Shown in pieces: positions 1 through 9,736 of a stretch of DNA of 64,000 bases (position 1 is the first letter of the stretch; each line of letters starts with the position of its first letter). Under the pieces are notes generated by a model. It was not told the DNA's origin. It searched no databases and saw nothing but the letters and a program-made list of their open reading frames with translations. The position numbers were made by a program, and so were the translations under genes. The DNA is from Planctomycetota bacterium (GTDB lineage: Bacteria > Planctomycetota > UBA1135 > UBA2386), in assembly GCA_016794485.1 (NCBI GenBank), contig JAEUHV010000081.1, positions 3,133 to 67,132 on the forward strand, written 5' to 3'.

Positions 1-2
1 AC

Positions 3-332
3 TGGGGCCCGAACCAGAACTCGTGGGGCATGCGCATCGCCCACAAGAAGAAGGTCGGCGTGTCGATGAGCGGCGGCTTCGGCGGTCGCGGCGACGACGA
101 CAACCGCATGCGCCTCGTGATGATCGACCTGACCACCGGCCAGAAGATCTGCGAGGCGACCGAAGAGTTCCGGCCACGCCGTTCGCTGGTCGCGATCTCG
201 CCCGAAGGCGACAAGGTCTACATCGGCACCGCCGGCAGCGACTTCGAGATCTTCGACGGCAACCTGAAGCGGCTGAAGACGGTCGAACTCGACGGCGAGA
301 TCGTCGGCCGCATCCACACCGTGGACGGATGA
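3..332 (+). CDS. 3' end of a repeat-containing (beta-propeller-like) protein; 5' end lies outside the window
   Basis: The frame of track ORF 30..332 stays open back to base 3. The sequence ...SLVAISPEGDKVYIGTAGSDFEIFDGN... resembles a propeller blade. Stop TGA 330-332 overlaps the next ATG (ATGA). Confidence 0.45.
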   Translation, partial: WGPNQNSWGMRIAHKKKVGVSMSGGFGGRGDDDNRMRLVMIDLTTGQKICEATEEFRPRRSLVAISPEGDKVYIGTAGSDFEIFDGNLKRLKTVELDGEIVGRIHTVDG

Positions 333-979
333 CGGCGACGCCGCGCGTCGTCGTGATCGACAGCGGCGTCGACGCGCGCCACCCGGCTCTGCGCGGACAC
401 ACCGTGCTGGCCGGGCCGGCGTTCCACACGGGTGCCGACGCCGACAACGACGACAGCGGCCGCGACGAACTCGGCCACGGCACCGCGGTGGCGGCGACAC
501 TGGTACGCTTCCTCGGCGAGCGCCCGGTCGAGATCACCTCGCTGCGCGTGTTCGGGCGCGAGCCGGTCTGCGACTTCGCATCGGTGCTGCGCGCCCTCGA
601 ACACGCCGTCACGCTGCGGCCGAACGTGGTCAACCTCAGCCTCGGTACGACGTCGCTGCGCTTCCGTGGGGCGCTGCAGGACCTCGCGCGCACGGCGAAG
701 GCTGCCGGGACGCGCGTGGTCGCGCCGGCCAGCTACGGCGGGTTGCCGTGCGACCCAGGCACGCTGGCCGAAGTCGAAGCGGTGGTCGGCGACCCGAACG
801 TGCTGCCGATGCTGCCCGAACTGCGCCCGCACGGCGGGCGCCTCGTCTGGTTCGCGTCGCCCTTGCCGCCGCCCGACGCCGACGGCGTGCGGCGCCTGCG
901 CGCGCGCGGCGACAGCCTCGCCGTCGCCGCGGTCAGCGGGGCCTTGCTGCGCTCGGCTGGCATCCACGGCGCTGCCTGA
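329..979 (+). CDS. subtilisin-like (S8) serine peptidase, short form
   Basis: ATG 329 lies inside track ORF 23..979. Subtilase-like motifs are visible: VVIDSGVD (Asp), GHGTAVA (His), NLSLG (Asn), GDSLAVAAVSG (Ser). At about 216 aa it is short for the family. Confidence 0.55.
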   Translation: MTATPRVVVIDSGVDARHPALRGHTVLAGPAFHTGADADNDDSGRDELGHGTAVAATLVRFLGERPVEITSLRVFGREPVCDFASVLRALEHAVTLRPNVVNLSLGTTSLRFRGALQDLARTAKAAGTRVVAPASYGGLPCDPGTLAEVEAVVGDPNVLPMLPELRPHGGRLVWFASPLPPPDADGVRRLRARGDSLAVAAVSGALLRSAGIHGAA

Positions 980-1128
980 TCGGGTGGACCAACCCAGGAG
1001 GTCGGAGACGTGGGGCGATGCGCCAACCGCAGACCCTGCACCGACAAATTGTGGCCCCCGTTCGGCCGGTCCATCGCATGTAGGAGCGGAGCGCTGATCC
1101 CCAACGGCCCCTGACACCACCGATCCCC

Positions 1129-2340
1129 ATGCACCGAAACTCCATCCTGCGGCAGGCCTTCGCTCCCGGCACCTCGTTCGTCCTGGCGGTTGCCGGCCTC
1201 GTCGGTCAGTCGGGCACCTTCGTCACCGCCGGAACCGGCTGCCCCACTCCCCTGCCGCCGAGTCTCGAGCTCCTGACCGTGCCGGCGATCGGGTCGACAC
1301 CCGCCGTGCTGGTCGAGTCGCTGCCGAACGACACCCTGCTGGCGATTCTCGGGGTCGGTGGCCTGCAGGGGAATCTGCCGCTGGCAGGCATCGGAGCGAC
1401 GGGGTGCACGCTGCTGGTCGATGGCTTGATCACCACGTTGACGATGTCGGTCGCGTTGCCGACCGCGAGCGTGCCGATCGCGGTGCCCAACCAGACCGGG
1501 TTGGTCGGCGTCGCCCTCGAACTGCAGGCGGTCGGGCTGTCGCTGTCGAGCAATGCGCTCGGCCTCGCGTTCTCCGACCGCGCGACCCTGACCGTCGGCT
1601 GGAACAAATCGTTGCCGGTGGTGCCCGGGCTGGTCCTGCACCTCGACGCCTCCGACATCGCCGGCACCGGGATCAACCCGGCGGACGGCACACCGGTCAC
1701 GCTCTGGCACGACCGCAGTGGCAACGGCAACCATGCGAGCCAAGGCCAGGCCACGCCGATCTTCCGCCGCAACGGGGTCAACGGTCGTCCCGCGATCGAC
1801 TTCGGACAGAGTTCGACGGACAGCCTCGTCACGGCGATCTCGAACGACTTCGGCGGCGCGGCCGCGACGGTGTTCCTGGTCGCAGCGGATCCGGTCACGG
1901 CGCTCGTGTCGATCGCGCCGCCAGGCACGGTCGACCACGAGATGCTGCTCTACGCGCGCCCCGGTCCGAACGTGCGTTCCTTCCACCACTCCTCGCCGTT
2001 CCAGTACCTGGAGCTGCCGCACCAGCAGAACGTGGTCGGGGCCTTCATCCAGGAAGCCGAGTTCGGCCAGGGCGTCAACGACGTGAGCAACGTCGTCCAG
2101 GGAGTCGCCAGCACCCAGGCTTCCGTCGTCACCGGCAGCCCGGTCGCGTTCCCGCCCAACGTGGCGCGGGCCGTGCACGTCGGCCGGCGCGGTGCTTCCA
2201 TCTACGAGAACGGCTCGGGTCGGATCGCCGAGTTGATCGTGTTCGACCGGCAGTTGACCGCCAGCGAACGCGATCTCATCGGTTCGTACCTGCAGGTGAA
2301 GTACGGCATCAGCGGGGCGTACAGCGGCATCGTGCCCTGA
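1129..2340 (+). CDS. secreted LamG/concanavalin-like domain protein
   Basis: Hydrophobic N-terminus. The C-terminal half has a Laminin_G_3-style pattern (GNGNHA, RPAIDF, IAELIVFDRQLTASERDLIGSYLQVKYGI). Confidence 0.55.
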   Translation: MHRNSILRQAFAPGTSFVLAVAGLVGQSGTFVTAGTGCPTPLPPSLELLTVPAIGSTPAVLVESLPNDTLLAILGVGGLQGNLPLAGIGATGCTLLVDGLITTLTMSVALPTASVPIAVPNQTGLVGVALELQAVGLSLSSNALGLAFSDRATLTVGWNKSLPVVPGLVLHLDASDIAGTGINPADGTPVTLWHDRSGNGNHASQGQATPIFRRNGVNGRPAIDFGQSSTDSLVTAISNDFGGAAATVFLVAADPVTALVSIAPPGTVDHEMLLYARPGPNVRSFHHSSPFQYLELPHQQNVVGAFIQEAEFGQGVNDVSNVVQGVASTQASVVTGSPVAFPPNVARAVHVGRRGASIYENGSGRIAELIVFDRQLTASERDLIGSYLQVKYGISGAYSGIVP

Positions 2341-2464
2341 CCGGACAAGGTGGCTCGACCACGGGTTGGCGCGCGAGGCGTGCAAGCACCCGCGCCCCCC
2401 GCAGCCGCGAAAATCCGGGATCGGGCGTGGGATGCGGCCGCCCCGTTCCGCTTGTGCAGGAACG

Positions 2465-3505
2465 ATGTGCCTCCGTCGATCTGCCGTTCGTTCGTCCGTC
2501 GCCTGCGGACTCGCCTTCGCGGCTCTGGCTCCCGGCGCCGCGGCCCAGTCCTCGATTCCCATCGCCAACGCCGGCTTCGAGCAACCGGCCATCGCCGCCG
2601 GCACGTTCGCGACCTTGGCCCCGCCCGCCGGCTGGAACGGCTACGGCGCCCTGAACTTCGGCGCCCGCACGGTCGGCGTGCTGCACCCGGCAACGACCAC
2701 GCTCTACACGGTGCCGCCGCCCGAAGGCAACCAGGTCGGCGTGGTGTTCCTGATGGACAACCCGCAGCAACAGCTCGTGTTCACCGACAGCGAGGCAGGC
2801 CTGCAGCAGACCCTGGCCGCGGTGCTCGAACCCAACCGCCGCTACGTGCTGTCGGTCGCGGTCGGCAACATCGGTGTCGACGCCAATGCGCCGTTCCTGT
2901 TCGCCGGCTTCCCTGGCTACCGCGTCGAACTGCAGGCCGGCGGCGTGCCACTCGCCACGGACCTCGGCACCGTGCTGCCCACGGAAGCAGGCTTCGCCAC
3001 CACCACCGTGGTCGTCGATGTCGGGGCCAACCATCCACTGCTCGGCCAGCCGCTGCGCATCCGGCTCGGCAACCGCAACGCGGCTCCCGGCATCGAAGTG
3101 AACTTCGACGACGTGCGCCTCACGGTGCAAGCGCATGCGTTGTGGTCCGACCTCGGGCAAGGCCTGCCCGGGGCTGCGGGCCTGCCGTTGCTCACCGGCA
3201 CCGGCACGTTGTCCGGAGGGGTGACCAACGCGCTCAGCACCGTGCACTTGCCGCCGTCCGGCATCGGCGTGCTCGTGCTCGGCTTCGCAGCGCAGCCACA
3301 ACCGCTGTTCGGCGGGACCCTCGTGCCGACCCCCGACCTGCTGCTGATGATGGTGGCCGACGCCACAGGCGGCGCGAGTTTCCCGTTCACGCTCGCCGCC
3401 ACGCCACCGAGCGGTAGCCAACTGGTCGCGCAACACTGGGTGTTCGACGGTGCGACGCCGGCGGGTTTGGCCGCCAGCAATGCCGTGCGCGCCCTGTTGC
3501 CGTAA
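2465..3505 (+). CDS. secreted beta-rich protein of unknown function
   Basis: Internal ATG 2465 in track ORF 2366..3505 gives a signal peptide, MCLRRSAVRSSVACGLAFAALAPGAAAQ. No catalytic motif recognised. Confidence 0.5.
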   Translation: MCLRRSAVRSSVACGLAFAALAPGAAAQSSIPIANAGFEQPAIAAGTFATLAPPAGWNGYGALNFGARTVGVLHPATTTLYTVPPPEGNQVGVVFLMDNPQQQLVFTDSEAGLQQTLAAVLEPNRRYVLSVAVGNIGVDANAPFLFAGFPGYRVELQAGGVPLATDLGTVLPTEAGFATTTVVVDVGANHPLLGQPLRIRLGNRNAAPGIEVNFDDVRLTVQAHALWSDLGQGLPGAAGLPLLTGTGTLSGGVTNALSTVHLPPSGIGVLVLGFAAQPQPLFGGTLVPTPDLLLMMVADATGGASFPFTLAATPPSGSQLVAQHWVFDGATPAGLAASNAVRALLP

Positions 3506-3583
3506 CGCTCCGCACCGGCCAGGGCGACGACGCACCTGCGGGCGCGGCCGATTTCTGGCAAGTTCTCGCATCCGCCAGCGCCG

Positions 3584-6151
3584 TTGCGGGCATCTGGCCG
3601 TGCGATGACCTCGGAACCTTCCCTTCCCATCGAACAGCTGCTCGCCGAAGCCGACTGGATCGGCCGACTGGCGCGCGTGCTGGTGCGCGATCCGGCCATG
3701 GCCGACGATGTCGTCCAGGCCACCTGGGTCGACGTGCTGCGCTCACCGCCGCGCCACGCGCTACGGCTGCGGCAGTGGCTTGCGGCGATCGTGCGTCGCA
3801 AGGCGCAGCGCGTCGCGCGCACGGCCGCTCGCCGCGAACGCCGCGAGCAGCAGGCGGTGGCGCACGCGACCGTGGAGGCGCCCTCGGCGGTCGACCTCGT
3901 CGCCCGCGTGACGACGCACCGCGAACTCGTCGATGCCGTGTTGGCGCTCGACGAGCCGTTCCGCGCGACGGTCGTGCTGCGCTACTTCGAGAACCTCGGC
4001 ATCGAGGCGATCGCCGAACGCCAGCAGACCAGGGCGAACACGGTGCGGTCGCGCCTGCAGCGCGGCCTGAAGGAGCTGCGCGAACGGCTCGACCGCGCGC
4101 ACGGTGGCCGCGAACGGTGGCTGCCGGCGGTGCTGGCACTCGGCGGGCGCGAACTCGCCCTCGAAGGCTTGGGAACGGGAGGCATGGCCGCAGGCGTAGC
4201 ACTGGCCCTCTCCATGAAGAAGCTCGCATCCGTCGTGGCCGCGCTGATCGCCGCCGTCCTGCTGACCTGCTACTGGCCGTCGCCCGATGCCGCGGCAACG
4301 GCGCCACCCGAGCCCCCCCTTGCCGGAGTGCCGAAGGCCGATGCCAAGGAACCGCCCGCCCCATCGGGCAAGGCCACCGCGGAGCCGACCCGCATCGCCG
4401 CTGCCGGCAGCATCGGCTTGCCGCCGCGCGCCGATCGCCAGGTCGTCGATCCGGCCGGCAACGCCCTGGCCGGAGTCGTGATGCGGGCCGAATCGCCGCA
4501 TGCCGTTCGTTGGCAGGGTGGTGACCGCGGCTGGATTGCCGGCGCCGACCGCACCGTGCGCATCGATGCGGGCACCGAAGAGCGCTTGCTCGCCGATGCC
4601 GCCTTCGCGGCGCAGTTCTTCGCCGACTTCGCGCATCCCGACGAGTGGCGGGCGACCGTGCTCGGCACCCCCCTGCCCTCGCGCGAGGCCGCCAGCGACG
4701 AACGCGGCGGGTTCGAACTGCCCGCGGGGCTCGACGTCGTCGACGCCGACGTGGCCGTCGGGGACCCGAGGTTCGTGCTGGTGGCCGCTGGCGCGCGCGC
4801 AGGCAAGCCGTGGATCGCCAGTCCGGCCACACGGGCCACCGGGACCGTGCGCAACGACGAGGGCAAGGTCCTGGCCGACGTGTTCGTCATGCCGCTCGGC
4901 GTCACCGGCGATGGCCAGGTCGAACTGCCGCGGCAGCTCGAAGCGCGCACCGACGACGACGGCACCTTCCTGGTGCGCAAGGCGGCGACCAGCGGCGTGC
5001 TGCGCGTCCGGCGTGAGGGCTATACGACCGCCCTCGTGCCGCTCGCGGACCGACCACGGCAGCACCTGGACGTGGTACTGCACCGCAGCAACCCGTCCGC
5101 ACGCAGCCTGCTGGGCCTGGTCGTCGACGGTGGCGGCCAGCCGATCGCCGGGGCTGCGGTCTGGTTCGGTCGCCAGCAGACGACCACCGCCGCGGATGGT
5201 CGCTTCCGCTTTCCGATCGACAACCCGGCTCGGCAGTATGCGTTGACCATCGTCGCGAAGGGCTTCGCCCTGTTGCAGCACGACGAACTCGGCGCGGCGT
5301 TGGCCGACCCGGCGCTGGCCGAGCAGGAACGGCTGTACGTGCTCGGCCGCAAGCCCCTCACGGCCCGCGGCGTGGTGCTCGGCAGCGATGGTGCACCGCT
5401 GGCCGGCGCGTTGGTCGCCCTGCTCGACCCGACGCTGCTCGACATTTCGTTCGAAGGCGTCGAAGCCCGCGTCGGCGGCTGGAGCGGTGGCGTCGCCACG
5501 GGCCCCGATGGCACGTTCACGCTCGCCGGACTCGCGGAACGGCCGTACCGGTTCGGCGCGGTGGACCCGGCGACCGGAGCGATCGCCACATCCGCGCCGC
5601 ATCGGGCGGAGGCCGGCGACCTGGTGTTGCGCCTGCCGCGGGACCTTCGCCTCGCCGTGCGCGGCACGGTGAAGCGCGACGGTCGCCCGGCCACGAACGC
5701 CACGGTCGAAGTCGGCTACTGCACGCACGTCACCAAGGGCGGCGGCACCCGATTCGACAGCGCCCCGGCCGTTGTGTGCGACGCGAGCGGCAGGTTCGTG
5801 CTGCCGAAGCTGCCGCGGAACGACGCGTGGCTGGTCGTCCGGATCGACGGATCGGTGCGCCACATGGTGCCGGTCGAGCGGCTGGCGCTCGGCCCCGAAC
5901 TCGACATCGACATCGACGGCACCCGTTGGCTGCAGTTGGTCGGCAGTGCATTCCCGGTGGACCGTTCGATCCACTTCGAACGGCAGGACGGCAGCGTCCA
6001 GGCCGCCGCCGGCACTCTCTCGGCGCAGGGCCGCGCACCCGCACTGGCCTTGCCGCACGACGCCGTCGCGGTCGTCGTCGACCACGGCGGCCCGCACCCG
6101 AAGCGCCTCCTGCTGACCGACGACCGGGCGGTGTTGCTGCGGGTGCGATGA
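3584..6151 (+). CDS. ECF sigma-70 factor fused to a TM helix and a large extracytoplasmic CarboxypepD_reg-like repeat domain
   Basis: The N-terminal ~185 aa carry sigma region 2 (DDVVQATWVDVL) and region 4 HTH (VVLRYFENLGIEAIAERQQTRANTVRSRLQRGLKELRERL). One hydrophobic helix follows (LASVVAALIAAVLLTCYW), then ~600 aa with repeated motifs such as GLVVDGGGQPIAGAAVWFG..AADGRFRF. The ORF is uninterrupted; the start could be ATG 3605. Confidence 0.6.
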   Translation: MRASGRAMTSEPSLPIEQLLAEADWIGRLARVLVRDPAMADDVVQATWVDVLRSPPRHALRLRQWLAAIVRRKAQRVARTAARRERREQQAVAHATVEAPSAVDLVARVTTHRELVDAVLALDEPFRATVVLRYFENLGIEAIAERQQTRANTVRSRLQRGLKELRERLDRAHGGRERWLPAVLALGGRELALEGLGTGGMAAGVALALSMKKLASVVAALIAAVLLTCYWPSPDAAATAPPEPPLAGVPKADAKEPPAPSGKATAEPTRIAAAGSIGLPPRADRQVVDPAGNALAGVVMRAESPHAVRWQGGDRGWIAGADRTVRIDAGTEERLLADAAFAAQFFADFAHPDEWRATVLGTPLPSREAASDERGGFELPAGLDVVDADVAVGDPRFVLVAAGARAGKPWIASPATRATGTVRNDEGKVLADVFVMPLGVTGDGQVELPRQLEARTDDDGTFLVRKAATSGVLRVRREGYTTALVPLADRPRQHLDVVLHRSNPSARSLLGLVVDGGGQPIAGAAVWFGRQQTTTAADGRFRFPIDNPARQYALTIVAKGFALLQHDELGAALADPALAEQERLYVLGRKPLTARGVVLGSDGAPLAGALVALLDPTLLDISFEGVEARVGGWSGGVATGPDGTFTLAGLAERPYRFGAVDPATGAIATSAPHRAEAGDLVLRLPRDLRLAVRGTVKRDGRPATNATVEVGYCTHVTKGGGTRFDSAPAVVCDASGRFVLPKLPRNDAWLVVRIDGSVRHMVPVERLALGPELDIDIDGTRWLQLVGSAFPVDRSIHFERQDGSVQAAAGTLSAQGRAPALALPHDAVAVVVDHGGPHPKRLLLTDDRAVLLRVR

Positions 6152-6167
6152 TCGCCGGTCCGCTGCG

Positions 6168-7508
6168 TCACGACACCGGAACGAGCCAGCCGATGCGCAC
6201 GAGTTCGCGGATCGCGGCGTGCACGGCCCGCGGCGGCAGGACGAACAGGCGCGGCTCGCGTCCGGCAACACGCACGGCGTCGTCGAGTCGGATCGGCTGC
6301 CCGCACACGCGCAGCAACGGTGCGATCGGCACGTAGCCGATGTGGCTGCGTTCGTCGCCGCTCACCGTGTCGCGGATGCCGTCGACCATCGCGAACCGGT
6401 CGCCCTCGCGCACGAGGATGCGTTCGGCCACGAGCGTCGGAGCGGCGCGGAACGCCAGCTCGGGAGCAGGCGGCGCGGAGGTGCGCAGGTCGACGCGGCG
6501 GGCGGCCCAGAACGGCGCCGCGACGAACCGATCCTCGCGCGCATACCATGCGAGCGCGGCGGTGCGGTGCGCCGCGGCGAGTCCGGCCTCCCAACGACGG
6601 TGCACGGCCATGAGCCGTTCGCTCCAGGCTGGCTCGGCGAGCATCGTGCGTACCACCGCGGCAGCGTGTTCGGCTGCAGCGAGCGCCTTCTCGACCCCTT
6701 GGCTCGACAACGGATCCGCGGTCGCCGCCGCGTCGCCGATCGCCAATCCACCGGAGTTCGCGACCGCAACGGTCGGCGTGGCGTCGGTCGCGAAGCAGAG
6801 CCGGGCCGCGCGCAAGCGGCCGGCAGGCCCGACCGCCGCGGCGAACGCGTGCGCCAACGCGGCCCGGCGGGCCATTGGGTCGAGCCGCGCTTCGAGAAAC
6901 CAGGCACACGCCGCCGTTCCGTCCCGTGGCACGTGCGTCCACGACCAACCCGCGGCCACCGCTTCGACCACCGCGGTTCCACGATCGCCGGGATCGGGTT
7001 CGCCGACGAAGGTGTACGCGATCGTGCCTGGGCCCAACGCGCGCCGCGGACCGCCGCGCCCGGTCGCGTGCACGACGACTCGCGGCTCGAGCGGCTCGGC
7101 GATGCAGCCGCGCACCAAGAGCAGCCCCGAGGCATCGCGGGTGACCCGCGCGCCTTCGTACACGACCGCACCACGTTCGGCCGCACTGCGGCGCAACGCC
7201 GCGTCGAACGGTCCCCGTCGCAGCAGCAGCCCACCGGCCTCGGCCGCACGCCATTCGAGGGCACCGCTGCCCCACACCGCTCCGTGCCGCAGCGGGTCGG
7301 GTTCGGCCGCGGCCGCGACCACGTCGTCGAGCCCGCACCGCACGAGCAGGCCCCGCGCGGCCGGCAACACCGTCTCGAACGGCCCACTGGGACGCGCCTG
7401 GCCGCGTTCCACGAGCACCGTGCGCACGCCGCCCTTGGCCAACAAGAACGCGAGCCCGGCGCCCGCCGGGCCGCCGCCGACGACGAGCACGTCGCACGAG
7501 ATGGCCAC
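6168..7508 (-). CDS. FAD-dependent oxidoreductase (halogenase / geranylgeranyl-reductase-like)
   Basis: N-terminal dinucleotide-binding motif DVLVVGGGPAGAGLAFLLAKGG..VLVER. Length is typical of the family. Confidence 0.6.
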   Translation of the reverse strand: MAISCDVLVVGGGPAGAGLAFLLAKGGVRTVLVERGQARPSGPFETVLPAARGLLVRCGLDDVVAAAAEPDPLRHGAVWGSGALEWRAAEAGGLLLRRGPFDAALRRSAAERGAVVYEGARVTRDASGLLLVRGCIAEPLEPRVVVHATGRGGPRRALGPGTIAYTFVGEPDPGDRGTAVVEAVAAGWSWTHVPRDGTAACAWFLEARLDPMARRAALAHAFAAAVGPAGRLRAARLCFATDATPTVAVANSGGLAIGDAAATADPLSSQGVEKALAAAEHAAAVVRTMLAEPAWSERLMAVHRRWEAGLAAAHRTAALAWYAREDRFVAAPFWAARRVDLRTSAPPAPELAFRAAPTLVAERILVREGDRFAMVDGIRDTVSGDERSHIGYVPIAPLLRVCGQPIRLDDAVRVAGREPRLFVLPPRAVHAAIRELVRIGWLVPVS

Positions 7509-7541
7509 CGCGACAGGCTACGCCGCGGCAGCCGGGGCGCG

Positions 7542-9650
7542 CTACTTCGCCTTCTGCTTGCCGGCGGGCGCGGCCGCGGCGGCCGTGGCGGACATGCGCT
7601 GCATCTGTTCCGTCAACGCCACCTGCAGGCTGGTGAAGCCGGCGTAGTGCACGGTGCGGGCCGGCACACCCGCCTGGCGCGCGAGTTCGTGCGCCGGCTC
7701 GGTCGTCTCGTGGCGGTTCCAGTGCAGCAGCAGCAGCAGGTCGAGGCCGCTGCGCAGGCGGTCGGCGATCGTGCCGACGGTGCGCTGCGGCGAGGTGTAG
7801 TTCGTCATCAGCCATTCGGCCTGCAGGCCCCATTCGGCGGCCAGCTTCTCCAGCCGCGGATGGTGCCGCCGCTGTTGTTCGTTGCCACCGACGACGAGCA
7901 CGCGCGGCGCGTGGCCGAGCGCCTTCGCCAACGTCTTCGCCGCCTGCAGGCCATGGTCGGCGGTGGCAGGCGCCTCCTGGTGCACTTCGAGCAGCTTCTC
8001 GATCGCCGCGAGATCGTCCTTGGCGAGGTCGGGGTAGACGCAGCCGACTTCGAGCAGCAAGCCGTGCGCCTGCTGCAGCGCCTCGACGTCCTTGCGCGCC
8101 CGCAGCGAACGCGCGATCGCGACCTGCAGCGAGGCGCGGTCGTAGTCGCGACCTTCCATCTGGTCGTAGGCGCCGACCAGTTCGACCTTGATCTCGAGAT
8201 GGTCGAGAGCCTGGCCGACGAACTCCTCCTGCTTCAGCAGCTTCTCCAACACGTCGAACTTGCCCCGCTGCAGCAGGAGTTCGCGGATCTCGGCGAAGCA
8301 GGCGCGCGCCTGGTCGCGTTCGCCGAGCATGTTGTGCGCGGTCAGCACGACGCGCAGGGCCTCGATGCGCTGGTCGAGGTCGACCGCGACTTCGAGCACA
8401 CGGCGCGCTGCCTGCAAGGCCGGGGCCGCCTCGCCGAGCCCCAGGTACTCGAGCGCCACGAACAGGATCTGGTCGGGCGTCGACCCGCGGCCGACGTCGA
8501 CCGCGTCGAGGAAGCGCAGCGACAGCTTCTTGTCGTGCTTCTTCAACGCCTCGTGCACCGAGTAGAAGCTCTCGAGGTCGGGGCGAACGGTGGCCAGCGC
8601 CTGTTCCATCAACCGCAGCGCGCGTGTGGTCTCCGCAGCTTCACCGGCGGTCAGCAGGGCCGCGGCCTGGAAGAAGCGGGCGCGATCGCGCAGGGGAACG
8701 TCGCGGCCTTCGAGCCGGCGCAGGCCCGCGATCGCGCGTTCGAAGCCGCGCGCCGCAGCCGGCATGTCGCCGATCTCGTAGGCCAGCAGGCTGCGCAGGT
8801 AGACCGCCTCGGGGGCGGCGTGTTCGGGTTCCTCGGCGACGAGGCGCAGGCGCTGCAGGGCCGCATCGCGTTCGGCGCGATCCTTCTGCGGCTCGACGGC
8901 GAGCGCATCGTGCTGGCGCAGTTCGCCGAGCGCGGCACACAACGCCGCCTGGCTCGCGAGCATGGCGTGCTCGCCGGCGAGCGCTTCGGCGCGTTCGGCC
9001 GCAGCGGTCGCTTCCTTCCATTCGCTGGCGGCCAGGAGCCGTTCGGCCAGTGCGCGGTGGTAGCGCGACCGCACGTCGGCCGGCAGCCGCTCGAACCCGG
9101 CCATGCCGAGCACCTTGGCCAGGATCGACGCAGTGCTCTCCTGGTCGTCGGTGTCGACACGCAATTCGAGCCGCGACAACAGGTCGGTGACGGCCGCATC
9201 GACGATCGTCTCCAGTTCGCCGTTGCTCGGATCGGCCGCCAGATACTGGATCGCGCGCACGGCGAGCTTCAGGTCGCCCGACCAGAACAGCGAACGCACC
9301 ACCAGGGGCAGGGCCTGGCCAGCGACCATCGGGTCGGCGAGCAGGTCGAGCAGCTGCTGGGGATCGCCGATCGTCGCGGCGATCTTCTCGCGTTCGCCCT
9401 TGCGGTCGTGGGCGCGCACCGAGCCGAACAACGCCCAACGCCGCGCGGTGGGTTCGACGCCCGCGGCCGGCAGGTCGATGCCGAGCAGGGTGCGGCCATA
9501 GCCGAGCAGGAACGCGGCGCCCGGGCGCTGCGGGGCGCACAGCCAGTAGTCGGCGATCTGTTGCCGGACCACTTCGGGCTTCTGTTCGCCCTTCTCGGCG
9601 GCGTGAACCTGTTGCAATAGCAGTCGATCGAGCGCGCTGTCCCAGCCCAT
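7542..9650 (-). CDS. helical-repeat (TPR-like) protein with DUF2325-like C-terminus
   Basis: 702-aa Ala/Leu-rich helical repeats. The C-terminal ~110 aa (PRVLVVGGNEQ..DLLLLLHWNRHE..VHYAGFTS) resemble DUF2325. Confidence 0.5.
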   Translation of the reverse strand: MGWDSALDRLLLQQVHAAEKGEQKPEVVRQQIADYWLCAPQRPGAAFLLGYGRTLLGIDLPAAGVEPTARRWALFGSVRAHDRKGEREKIAATIGDPQQLLDLLADPMVAGQALPLVVRSLFWSGDLKLAVRAIQYLAADPSNGELETIVDAAVTDLLSRLELRVDTDDQESTASILAKVLGMAGFERLPADVRSRYHRALAERLLAASEWKEATAAAERAEALAGEHAMLASQAALCAALGELRQHDALAVEPQKDRAERDAALQRLRLVAEEPEHAAPEAVYLRSLLAYEIGDMPAAARGFERAIAGLRRLEGRDVPLRDRARFFQAAALLTAGEAAETTRALRLMEQALATVRPDLESFYSVHEALKKHDKKLSLRFLDAVDVGRGSTPDQILFVALEYLGLGEAAPALQAARRVLEVAVDLDQRIEALRVVLTAHNMLGERDQARACFAEIRELLLQRGKFDVLEKLLKQEEFVGQALDHLEIKVELVGAYDQMEGRDYDRASLQVAIARSLRARKDVEALQQAHGLLLEVGCVYPDLAKDDLAAIEKLLEVHQEAPATADHGLQAAKTLAKALGHAPRVLVVGGNEQQRRHHPRLEKLAAEWGLQAEWLMTNYTSPQRTVGTIADRLRSGLDLLLLLHWNRHETTEPAHELARQAGVPARTVHYAGFTSLQVALTEQMQRMSATAAAAAPAGKQKAK

Positions 9651-9736
9651 CCGGTGCCTCCGTGCCGGCTATCGACGGCGCACCGCGACCGACTCGCCCC
9701 GGTCGGCGAAGGCGCACTGCGACCGGACCTGGCCGA

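Noticed and set aside
23-979. The full 318-aa track ORF 23..979 as one gene.
   Set aside because: Its first ~100 codons overlap the better-looking frame 3..332 and encode Arg-rich low-complexity sequence. ATG 329, with an ATGA overlap, gives the peptidase domain alone.
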